Origin: Narcine bancroftii
Lineage: Eukaryota
NCBI RefSeq assembly: GCF_036971445.1
Contig: NC_091472.1
Span: forward strand, 304,854,001 to 304,918,000
Direction of reading: 5' to 3'
Length of the DNA: 64,000 nt
Shown here: one piece after another, positions 53,087-64,000 of the stretch
How the letters are laid out: every line of letters begins with the position of its first letter
How positions within the stretch are numbered: position 1 is the stretch's first letter
Translations under genes and position numbers: made by a program
Notes under the pieces: model-generated
What the model was told of the DNA's origin: nothing
What the model saw: only the letters and a program-made list of their open reading frames with translations
Databases searched by the model: none

Positions 53087-55137
53087 ATTCCAGTTTATTA
53101 CGTGCAATAAATTATCTTATTTTTGAACTCAGATTTTATTCTAATTTCTGCGTTTAAACACAAGATAACAGACAGTAAATGTCCAAAACAACGGTAACAG
53201 AAACAAGGTAATAATGTTCTACAGTATATAGGAAGCCAAAGCTATTAACGTTAATTGTGGGTAAGAAATGCTTTAAAAGGCAGTATTAAAAGTTGCTCGA
53301 TGAAAATGGTGTTTTCTTCTCATGGATCTCGTGCAACAGCAGCGGCTTCTGTATAGTACAAAGGCATTTTAATTTTATTGTTTAACAATAAAACATAAGT
53401 TACAACATTCATTCAAATCATGGCAAACTACTGAATTACGAAATGAGATTCGGTCGACAGCAATACACCTTTTTTGTCATCTTATGAATTATTTGTTCTA
53501 CAAGTTAGCATTGTGTTATAGTTAGTAATCCTATTAAAATTTCAGATCATGACATGCTCGCTTAAAAAGCTTATCGATGAATAAAATACATTATTCCTGA
53601 AAACAATGGTGTTTCTGAGACATTGATAACAATGTGATTCAAGCTTAATATTCAATCTTGTGATTCAAAACAAATGAAGATTATGTCTAATTAATTCTGA
53701 AGCTTTGCAGTATTTTTAACTTAAGGTGTTAGATATATAAAGATGAACAGAATCGAGATGAACTCCACTGACCAAAATATCTGTCCTCTGGCGCCCTCGT
53801 CTGATTTATTCTATTACAACAGTCATATTGCTCCATGGCATCCCGAGAGTTTCTTTTTCCGGAGATTCGGAGGCATCAAGAAATAAGCTGACAAGTTAAA
53901 GGTAGAACACGCCTTGTTGTCCTCATGAGTTAACTTACGTATAGATCAATTATCTCATATCGAATCAGTTCAGAAGAGTTGATACAAAGGATAAATGCAT
54001 ATATTGACTTGCATGAACATTATATTTAACTGACTTCAGAGCTTTGTTATTTTGTGGAATAACAGTGGGTTGCCCAATGCCATTGTTAAACACTGGATAT
54101 CAATGAAGATTTGTAATTGTCGAGATCAAGTGGTTCATGAAAAATAAGGACAGAAATTCAGATTTGAATAAGTATCCTATAACCTAAAACTCTGAATCGT
54201 GAAACTATAATCTCATTATAACTGGCGACTTTTTGTGGACTGTAAATAACGTTATTTTTTTGATTGGCATATTGCTAGTTCATTAGTGTTAAATATAACA
54301 GTAAGAAACTGGCAAGGGCATTGGAAATTAGTTTCATATTGAAAATCCACTATTCCATGTTCTGATTCTTCTTTCCATCCTTTATATTGTAATTATGTCA
54401 ATGGAAAGTTTTAATCGGATAGAAAGGTCATACAAGTGTTGAAAGCTGGAGAGAAAAAAAATCGATCACACTTCGGTGTGCCGCAGTAGTTCATTTCAGC
54501 GCCCTCAAAAAGGTTTACAATAATAGACTAAATATTTGCTATTTCATCTCATGCTGGTATGCGAGGTGTAATTCTGGGGTTTTAAGGGTTATAGCAGGCA
54601 ATAAAAGCTTCTTAAATGCTTTTTTTTTGTCTGACGGTTTCATTTCAGATTACAGTCACAGTTCCACTACGTTACTGTTCCACTCTGGCGTTCGAAGTAA
54701 AAAAATAAAGAGGTCTTTCCTGATCCAGGTAACCAGCAGCTGAGCATTGTCATTTAAGTTAATCAGAAAGACGGGGATTATACAAATGAGCTCAGAACTC
54801 AGCATTGACCTTGGGTCAACAGCTACAGTACAGATGTGTCATTCTGAAATGCAGTTCATGTCCTTGAAGTTTGTTCACTAAGTTCAATTTGCAAAGAGTC
54901 CACACTGTGTTTTATTTGCGAACTGCAGTAGAGGCACAGCAATAAAAAGATCAGGTAGTTTAGACCAAGGTGTAGATAGTTCGAGCCATTTCTGGGAGGT
55001 GGAAGTTAAACTACTTGTACATTGCCCGCACCAGTATTTTGAACAAAAAATTGAGCTTTCAAGTAACGACAAAACGTATTTGAGAGATTCTAGCTGCAAG
55101 GTTTGGCGTGAAGACGATCGTTTAGTAAAATTGTAAG

Positions 55138-55663
55138 ATGGATTTAACTTCGCTGCAGTACAAACTGGCGTTAGAGACATCTAGCGATAAGACAGTAACG
55201 CTGCAAGGTGGAATACGTCCAATTGATATGAAACCAGTACTTTCGGAGAACATTGGATTTTCGCCTTCAGTTTTTCCTTCTGCTTTGAAACCAATTCCAA
55301 GTGGAAGATACCACGGATTCTATTCAGAAGATATTTCAACTTGTACCTCGCATGGAAAAGGAAATGGGGAGATAGTTGCAATCTCACCTGAGGCGGGTCA
55401 ATTCACTGCCAACCAACTTCAAAGTGACAGTCATATACCTTTGTTTAGTAACTACCGCCACAATCCCTGCATTAGAGGCGAAACCCCAACAAGCTCATCA
55501 ATTGATCAGAATTGGCCATTAGAATATACCTTGACTGCACCTGCTCAGGTCCAGCCATATCCCAGTGACCCGGACACGTCTGCTTTCAGCTATTCCCAAT
55601 GTTACGGAGCAGCCATTTCTGGAGCAGCATTTCATACAAGTCCCAACGGCCCAATGCATTTAG
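55138..55663 (+). CDS. HOXD14: Homeobox D14, exon 1
   Basis: Open 175-codon ORF MDLTSLQYKL...QNWPLEY...GPMHL G|gtcagt. Phase-1 donor matches the exon 2 acceptor. Confidence 0.85.
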
Positions 55664-56361
55664 GTCAGTCTGTGAGTGTATATCTGACATGTAGTGATGG
55701 CTAACGTGGAACAATAATCCCATTGCTTTCGATATGTGTTTTAAAAAATACACGGCTAGTATTTTCTTGTGTTATAACACCACTCGACGATTGTGTTTAA
55801 CTTACATGCAGTTGCAGAGCATTTAATTTTATATATTTTTTAGAAAACTAAAGCCATCACACTGTAGGAAATATGTTTCTATCTAAAGAAAACCTAAAAC
55901 GCTTATGACGTCCATTCGACCAATTTACACAAGGAAAGTGATCAGTTGTTTCCTATCTATTCTTCAAGAACTATTTCAAAAATCAAATTGAATTTTCCTG
56001 TTTGTAGTCAAAGTACTTTAACATTGGGAGATAAGTCGAAAACCAAATTCTCGTCATCACACTTTCAAACACGTTGGAATCTAAATGAGAAAATGAATTG
56101 TATATTCAAATATATTTCAGATGCTTAAAAGTAGGCACAAAATTACTTCTTAAAGATGAACGATGGAAGGAATACATTAAATTGAAACTAATTTCAGTCT
56201 TTATCAGCATTGTGGTGGTAAAATGCTAACTTCAATTACAATACCACATTGTGGTTCGGCTAACAATGACTTGCATGTACAAAAATAAATTATAGGTAAA
56301 TGTTATTGCTTTAGATTCATGTTAAACTTTCTTATGGATATGTATGTTACCCCGGTTTTAG

Positions 56362-56537
56362 GATTTATGTCGCAATGGTCACCGTCGCCAAATCCAGAAA
56401 ATAGAAGAAAGAAAAAACGAATCCCTTACAGCAAGCAACAAATTGCTGAACTGGAAAAAGCTTTTGAAAAAAACCGATTCCTCACTCCTGAAATGCGATT
56501 AAGTATTTCTTTCAAATTAGGTTTATCAGAAAGGCAG
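56362..56537 (+). CDS. HOXD14: Homeobox D14, exon 2 (homeodomain helices 1-2)
   Basis: tttag|GFMSQWSPSPNPENRRKKKRIPYSKQQIAELEKAFEKNRFLTPEMRLSISFKLGLSERQ|gtaag. AbdB-type KKRIPYSK. Confidence 0.93.
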
Positions 56538-56702
56538 GTAAGACAAGTTTTTTTTTTCCCATCCCAAGATGGATAAGGGAAATACCAGCCCGCAGATGCT
56601 GTCTTTCTTAATTGTCAACAGGTGGACGCATTTGTCCCCTGGTACATTAAACCGACACTCTTCCTCTTATCTTCTGGTTTAAAATGACCTTCTGCTTTTC
56701 AG

Positions 56703-56789
56703 GTAAAAATATGGTTCCAAAACCAGCGACAAAAAGAGAAAAAACTTATTCGCATGCAATCGATACACTCAAGCTACCCTGGACTGTAA
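56703..56789 (+). CDS. HOXD14: Homeobox D14, exon 3 (recognition helix and C-terminus)
   Basis: ttttcag|VKIWFQNQRQKEKKLIRMQSIHSSYPGL*. WFQNQR and the intron-split homeobox are diagnostic of paralog group 14; located between Evx2 and HoxD13. Confidence 0.94.
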   Translation, partial: VKIWFQNQRQKEKKLIRMQSIHSSYPGL

Positions 56790-57226
56790 CAAAGGAACAG
56801 CCGTGTGTAAAGGAAGCATGGCTTTGACTGGTAAAAATATTTTCCAGCATCACTTCTCTTGAGACATACCCGCATTCAACAAGCATCTTCGTTTTCATAA
56901 GTTTTCGAACAAGTACCTGCATGGAAATGTTTTTATTGACTTTTTGTTTTGCAGTGATGTTGCTAAAGACGATAAACGAATACTTACACCACGAATTTAA
57001 TTCTTTGATTTGTTAATATAATTATTATCTGATAATCCAATATGTTTAACGTGTGTATGATTTTTAGAATGCGGCAATGATTCTCTGAAGGTGAACTTAA
57101 ATGTTGAAACGATTATGTTGGTAAGGATTGTGGAGGGTTTGCAGGTGTATCTTTGCAATTTAATTTTTTTTAATTTTCAAATTTAAAATGATTTGAAACA
57201 CTGCATTGTACAAAACATTGTATTTT

Positions 57227-57232
57227 AATAAA
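57227..57232 (+). terminator. Candidate HoxD14 polyadenylation signal
   Basis: AATAAA ~440 nt after the stop, preceded by TGTA motifs. Confidence 0.55.
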
Positions 57233-57316
57233 ATCGGCAACTTTGTGAAGGCGCTACTTTGCAGTGGTATACATTAAGTCTATTTTACCTCGTCTTTCTA
57301 AAACACATCACAATAT

Positions 57317-57392
57317 CTCTGTCTGTCTGTCTGTCTACCTATCTATCGATCTCTATCGATTATCTCTCTACCTACCTACCTACCTATCCATC
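57317..57392. repeat. Compound tetranucleotide microsatellite (TCTG/CTAT/CTAC)
   Basis: Read directly, just after the HoxD14 poly(A) signal. Confidence 0.85.
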
Positions 57393-60300
57393 TGTTCATT
57401 TTCCAATTTTATTTCATGGTGATTTCTTTCTTGAGAATTTGATATTCCCTTCGTTTTTAGGTTTAGTCATTAAGTAGTTCCTGAACGAAAATGTTAAAGT
57501 GGAAGTTTAGTGAGCTTCTGGACTTTCACTTGCAAAGCTTAATTTGTTTGGAACTAAGCACATGATTCCACTGCAAATATAATGAATTAACAAGTGAAAA
57601 GAGTTTCCTTAAATACAACTTGCAGATTTGTTATGTTTTCTGCTCTGTGAAATTTTATATTTTTGTTGTCGCTGTAGTTTTTCTCTCCAAAATTTGATAG
57701 TTCTGCAACAGAATTATTAAAACTAACAAAGAAACGAGTTTTGCTTCAGAATTATCATTCCTTATTTTACACGTTTTACTTATGTGAGATGCGTTTTGAC
57801 TTTGAAAACATAATTATCCATTCTCTCGATTGTTCATCGATTACACCAACAACTAAAAATGTATGAATGGCACAAAAAAAAGCCATAGTTTCTCGGTTCC
57901 CAATTTCTCCAGAAGAAATTTCTCCGGCGGAGATCTTCAGGAAATTCAAAATATCCAAAAATGCTCTGGCGATAACTTTTTTTTTTAAATGATGCCATGG
58001 GATGTTATGTGTCCATTTGCGAGAACTGATGTGAATTCAATTCATCATCTCATTTCAAAGACGATGTTGAACTGGAATATCAAACTAGATGCAAGAATCT
58101 AACCTATGTTCGGCGATCGTTCTCTTATCTAAATAGTCCAATGCATAAGATAAAAGAAGTTTGGATTTAATTTAAAACACAACATCGCAGCATATCCAGA
58201 GAAATTGTTTATAAATGATGGTAAACCATAATAATCCAAGAGAAACCTGTTATTAATTGGCTAGTTGCACTGAGAATCATTCGAATGTATGCTTGTCCGA
58301 TTATACCGTTTTTCAGATGCTTATCAGGACAAAGATTCATTTGCTTAAAGACATTGTGCATATTATATCACTCTTAACAAAACTACTCACAGAATGAATT
58401 CTAGTTTGAAATCGCCCTTTTGTGTGGAGCAAATAATTCAAGAACGGCAAAATGCAATGATCTGTAGTGTCAAGTTAACATTCAGGTAATCTTGACACGA
58501 TAATGTTAACTTCGTGGTAGGATAAGGTAACATAGCAGAAACTCTTTCAGTTTATTTNNNNNNNNNNNNNNNNNNNNNNNNNNNNNNNNNNNNNNNNNNN
58601 NNNNNNNNNNNNNNNNNNNNNNNNNNNNNNNNNNNNNNNNNNNNNNNNNNNNNNNNNNNNNNNNNNNNNNNNNNNNNNNNNNNNNNNNNNNNNNNNNNNN
58701 NNNNNNNNNNNNNNNNNNNNNNNNNNNNNNNNNNNNNNNTGCTCCTGCCTTTTTTAATGATTTAATATCTGACTACTGTTGATATGGAAATCTTCGAGTT
58801 CTACTTTCGCCAAGAACAAATGGAAAATAGACAATTGCTACAGATATCGAAAAATATGCATTAACAGTTCTACCTGTGTTTCCATTCCTCTCAACCTTTT
58901 CATGCTCAGATCAGTTGGCTTTCATGTTAAAAATTGACTATCAAGTTTGCCTCCTTGATATTAAACTAGAATGCCTGCTCTACACATATATACAAATATA
59001 AACATCGTAATGTAAAAGGTAATACTAAATTTAGTCTTCACCCTCTGGTGCAATGAATCATGCCATGTGTGTGGTCCACTGAAGGCTGCCTTTGTTCGTG
59101 GCTCCTGTTGTACCAAAGTCAAGACCAGAAAATTGTGCAAAAGTAAATAGGTATGTGCATCATACTTTAGTCAAGAACACTGTTGATCACCGTGAACTCA
59201 CATTTCAGTCATTAAAGCTTTTGTGAATGCATTGTAAGACATTATTAAAGACATTATTAAACAGTTGAATGATCGTTATTATTAGCAAATTCAGTGTTCA
59301 AGGGATTTAATTTTAAATACTAAATTAACCTTTATTTATTGGCTACATCATATTGGAATGATACTCATTTGAAAATGTTAATGTACTCTACAGATCAAAG
59401 CATCTTTTATTTCTTAATTCTGAAATTAATTCGAAGTATATTGCATAACATGCCATTCTTATTTGGTACTAAAAACATATATTTTGCATTCTAAGTATCA
59501 ACTTCCACATCTTTTCGCGCGACATTACTTTTTGCTTATTGGCAAGTTTTATATGTCAAATAAAATTATTTTATTGTTGGATTTGACCGGTAAGTTCGTT
59601 TCCACATAGATTTTTAAAGGATTCCCTGTTCTGATACATGATTTTGAACTCAGATGGGGAATGCTGAATTGGGGGAAAAAATTTCTACCTGTTTTAAAGA
59701 TGTAGTGATTGTGTTGGCAGCATATTAGCAGGGGTAGGTCCTCACAACAGCAATATGGTGTTTTGAATGTGTTTGTTATGCGAAGAAGGGGTATACTTTT
59801 TTAAATAATGTTTTACAGAGGCTTTCTTTGATTAAATACATTGCCTTTATAATAATTACAAAATATTATCTACAGATACACGGACACTTTATCTCTGAAA
59901 TACATGAGATACTTGGGGCATAAGGAATAATGTTCGGGCTTGCAATGGAGTAAAATACTTCAGCAATGCTAACTGGAACCCACGTTTCCAAGTTGAAAGA
60001 GGAGGCGTTCGTTTTAAGCGTTTATCTAGTTGGTAATTACGTTAGATGAAATACATATTTCGTTCCATTTGTCATTGTTGGTGGATTTCATCTATTTTAG
60101 TTCAAAATTAATGATGATTACAGGTTATTATTGATGCAAATCAGAAATGTCGCAAATAACATTGATTTAATATCAGTGATCATTTGGAATTTATTTTCAA
60201 TTGCAGATTAGGTCCAACGCAATTTGTATACTGAGTAGCCAGGTCTTGATAATCAATCATTCGTTGTGTATTGGCAAAATAAGATATATTTTCTGGTGAG

Positions 60301-63300
60301 TAATCTGGTTGTATTGCACTATTAATAACGATCACCCCAATACTCTACATGTATTCAAACATGATTCATATAGCTTGTTACAGAGTGGGATTCAGTTATG
60401 GAAAAACTGGATACATTTTTTTGATCACTGTATCTATTATTGTTGTCTAAAAAATACGTGTGTATTTTAATATCTATTTTGCTGTGCCTACGTTTTAAAT
60501 TGAATGAAATGGCTTTGCCCGAATTGAATGACCCGTTCGGTAGCAAGATCGGTTTCAAATCATTCAAGATTGGCCAAAATTGTAACATCTTTCTTAAAAT
60601 AACTGAAAAACAAATCGAACAAGTTATCAAATTAAACTTCTTGACACGAGAGAGTGGACGTTGTCCACATATATCTTTTAACAGGTATAATTTTGAGCCA
60701 AGTAAAGAATCGATCTATGCGGCCTTGACCATCAGAATAATATTCTGGAGCATTTTAAACCATAAATATGATAGGCTACTTCTAGTAGGACCAACCTAAT
60801 TTTTTTTAAGTACCAGGGGAAACCACGGAAACTGTATAGAGTTAACGATTTTTTTTTAATGTTCGAAAGAAAATATCCCAGCCACGATTTCCCACAAAAT
60901 TTACAAAGCGACATTGAAAATTGCATGTCGAACATTCCTTAATAATTAGAAACAATAAAATAATATAATTGTGGATTAAAAAAATCACATTCAAATAAAG
61001 TCTTTGATGTGTATGTAAATAAGTTAAAACGTTACATTTGCTTGCCAAGTAATTTCAATATATTACATGGGAATACTGCTAATATACCAAAATAAAACGG
61101 ATTTATTTATATTTATAATTGCCGATTTGGATTCTACATGTTTCATTTGTTCTAGAGGCCGTCCATTCCCCTGCAGCCACATTTATTGCTCATTGCTAAT
61201 TGCCTGATAAATTAACAATGGGCTTTCTAGTAGAATCCTGTTTGAATTTTAACTCAACTTGCTAACGAAAATGGCGTTCTGCTATTAAAGAGAATTTAAT
61301 AACCAATCTAACGCATCCCTGTAAGAAAAATTAGTGCCACATTTTATTTAGTTTGTCGCGAAATGTTGTATTTAAATAATATATTAACATCTTAGAAATG
61401 CCATATTTTTTCGAATCTATTATTAATCACAACTAACGTATTTTTTTTTCCGAATTCTCACTTAATTCCCCCTGAACCGTTGAACTGCTTTAAACCGCTA
61501 TTTACCGTCTTTCCCCCTCTATTTTATTTCCTCCTCAACCCACCCACCCCCTCTCCACCTTGACCTTGGCCTTCGTCTACTTCCGGAAAGAACCCCTTTG
61601 TCTGCATACCAGAGATGCGAGCAACTTGAGAGGGCGACTTAGTTTTTTAAAATCCAATCATGTATTTTCCCGGAATTCTAAATAACAACAGCTACCCGAA
61701 AACTAATGTTAGCAAATCCTCCAATGTGAAAGTAGGAGTTACTAATTTTATATTTTTTTTCTCTCTCTCTGATGTGGGTGCAATTCATATGCTTTCAAAT
61801 AATCGCGATGGATTTTTTTTTAAATGATTCGAGGGCGCAAAGGATACGATTTGAACTCAGTTGATAGTTCTTTCAGATTATTAAATTGCAATTAGAGTTG
61901 ATTTATTTAAATATTAGTTTACCGTCAGTGAAGGGAAGGTATATTTTTTCAAATGAAGGAAGTAAATCAAATGGTTCACAGAAATTAATGCACGTGATTC
62001 AATTCAAAAACCATAGATCCCACTTGTGGTTTGTTCCTGTGAAATAACAACTTTTCTTGATTCTTCCCCCCACCCCATCTTCTCAAAAACAAATCGCCGG
62101 GATTCAAAACGACTTTTTAAAAAAAAATATTATCACAATCCTAATTTTCCTCTCGCGTGGAATTGAATTGCTTGACATTTTCAATTATTGTCGAAACCGT
62201 GTCATGTTTCTCTGAGTGGCAACATAGTCAACGAATTTGCCAGTGCAAAGACTCGCTTGGCGAAAGCAGGTAAACCTACTCTCTTAACTAGTGAGATGAC
62301 CCCCTTCAAGACACCACAATATTCTGAAAACTAGGTCACAACGACTGATCTCTTTCCATTATCCATTTAAAATTTGTGGAATGTTACTCTTCCTAGTTTT
62401 GTAGCTCCATCTGATCTATACATTTTATTTAAATATTTGCACATTTCTTCCTTTTCGTGAATCAGAACATTGAGAGAACATCCATTGCTCGGAAAAATAA
62501 TCTCTAAAGAGTGTACGGCTTGGTTTAACATATAAAATATATATTGATTTTACTTCTCGTGGTGGTAGACAATTCACATAGCATTTATTGTTGATAGATT
62601 TCCGTAATCTAAAGGTGTTCTATTCCACAGAGCTGAATTATTTAGTATACGTTTTGTTTTTGCTTCTGCCCTGAAGTCTGAGATAACAATTGGGTTAAAC
62701 GAACCAGGCACTCGAATTTTGCTAAAATGTTCACCTAAAAGCTAGATAGGTTCAGATTTTTGCTAAAAAACGTAGCCAATTGAGAAAGCCGGTGATTCCA
62801 AACTCAGGTTTTTAGTCTGCTTGAGATATATCTCTGAAAGTTCTTGCACGGTCCTATTACTCTCAGGAGTTGACAATTTAGAATAACTGAATTTTCTCAA
62901 TACAGACTATAAACTCAGCTCTGGTATGGGAACATTTTGTTCTGTTATGCAATAGCACAATTCGAAAATTACAGCGCTGAGAGGAAAAAAGACTAAGGTT
63001 CAAGTAACTTTCACTCGATTTTTTTAAAAGTATCAATTTAAGAGTGATTGCTTTAAGAATTAAATAGACAAAAGAGAAAATGTGATCTTTAAAATCTGCT
63101 TCGAGGTGGTTTTGTCGATGTTATCACGAAGAACACATTTTGATACTAAAAGGGTTGAAACCGGGATTCTTCCTCAGAATTCATGAAAATGCAAAAATCT
63201 ATCACCACTCTCTCCATTCTGTAAGTGTGACAACAAACATAATCCCATTTGCAAGTAATTTTCGCATGTTCCTCAATGCTTAATCTAAATTTAAGAAATC

Positions 63301-63552
63301 CTCAAAAACTCTTCATGTATTCAATACTTGTAAGGAACTGACACTTCAAATAATATAAAATGTTTTATGTCATGAATATTATCCCATGTAAATATCAATT
63401 AAACTGCATTAGTTGTAGTATTGCCGAGAAATAGCGATCCTCTTTTTTTAACTTATTTCACAGTTTCGATTATTTTATTTAATTTTTTGGGGAAAAAAAA
63501 TTAAGATCGGGAAAAGAGGGCAGTGGGTCTGAAGCGAGATCAACCGCGGAAT

Positions 63553-63654
63553 GTCACGTGGTCAAAACCGACCTATCGCGTTTCACTCGCGCAATGCACA
63601 CTCTCATCAGTGAAAATAAGCACCTCTTTCCACTCCGAGACTGCTTTTATAAAG
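63553..63654 (+). promoter_or_regulatory. HoxD13 proximal promoter (E-box and TATA-like motif)
   Basis: GTCACGTGG at 63553-63561 and TATAAAG at 63648-63654, just upstream of the coding region. Confidence 0.6.
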
Positions 63655-63682
63655 CAGTACTTAGTTTGCAGTGGGTCGTGAT

Positions 63683-64000
63683 ATGACAGCTCTTCTTTCA
63701 GCCCCTTGGAGGACTGATACTGTCAGATACCTGCACAGCAGAAACAATACGAATAATCCGGAGATGGAAGGATTGGGTGGGAACGTCCCTTCAAATCAAT
63801 GCAGGAATTTCCTATCTGCCTCTGCATTTGGAGCTCATCACAACTCCTTATCTTCGGGACCTGCTTACTCAGGCGGAGATCGGACGCATTCTGTCACTTC
63901 TGAACCAGCTAAGCAATGCAGCCCATGTCCAGCTCCTCCAAGCCCTTCAAACCCAGCCTTCAGTTATGGCTATCACTTTGGAAGCAGCTATTACAGTTGT
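63683..64000 (+). CDS. HOXD13: Homeobox D13, exon 1 (5' part, runs off the window)
   Basis: MTALLSAPWRTDTVRYLH...MEGLGGNVPSNQCRNFL...EPAKQCSPCPAPPSPSNPAFSYGYHFGSSYYSC. QCRN, KQCSPC and YGYHFG..YYSC are Hox13 N-terminal motifs. Alternative ATG at 63764. Confidence 0.92.
   Translation, partial: MTALLSAPWRTDTVRYLHSRNNTNNPEMEGLGGNVPSNQCRNFLSASAFGAHHNSLSSGPAYSGGDRTHSVTSEPAKQCSPCPAPPSPSNPAFSYGYHFGSSYYSC

Noticed and set aside
42420-53126. ORFs made mostly of X residues
   Set aside because: Artefacts of translating N-runs.
55672-55677. Alternative HoxD14 exon 1 donor GTGAGT
   Set aside because: It is phase 0 and would frameshift against the phase-1 exon 2 acceptor, so the donor at 55664 was preferred.
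41850-61640. CTCF-like motifs (~41852, ~42045, ~53790, ~54497, ~59038, ~61625)
   Set aside because: Only partial matches to the consensus by eye; they cannot be called without a PWM scan or ChIP data.

Overview
Vertebrate genomic DNA, very probably from a cartilaginous fish (intact Hox14 gene, HE1/V-SINE and chondrichthyan-type LINE/LTR repeats). It covers the 5' end of the HoxD locus in the order Lnpk(-), Evx2(-), HoxD14(+), HoxD13(+). Bases 1-40.2 kb hold the 5' part of lunapark: a probable non-coding exon 1 in a CpG island and coding exons at 39338-39364, 9180-9221 and 2124-2311. Its ~30-kb intron is packed with nested Gypsy LTR, L1, CR1, Rex1, SINE and MITE insertions. From ~40 kb onward the DNA is almost free of recognisable transposons and keeps its CpGs. 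It carries a complete 3-exon Evx2 (427 aa), a complete 3-exon HoxD14 (262 aa, split homeobox, WFQNQR) and the first 106 codons of HoxD13. The most notable observations are the intact HoxD14, a twin-primed 5'-inverted L1 with a 14-bp TSD, an ORF1-only 'half-L1' with a 12-bp TSD, a very short Lnpk-Evx2 interval, a 20-bp tandem array of forkhead-like motifs near the Lnpk promoter, and short N-runs inside conserved-looking non-coding DNA. I found no convincing wholly new biological system.
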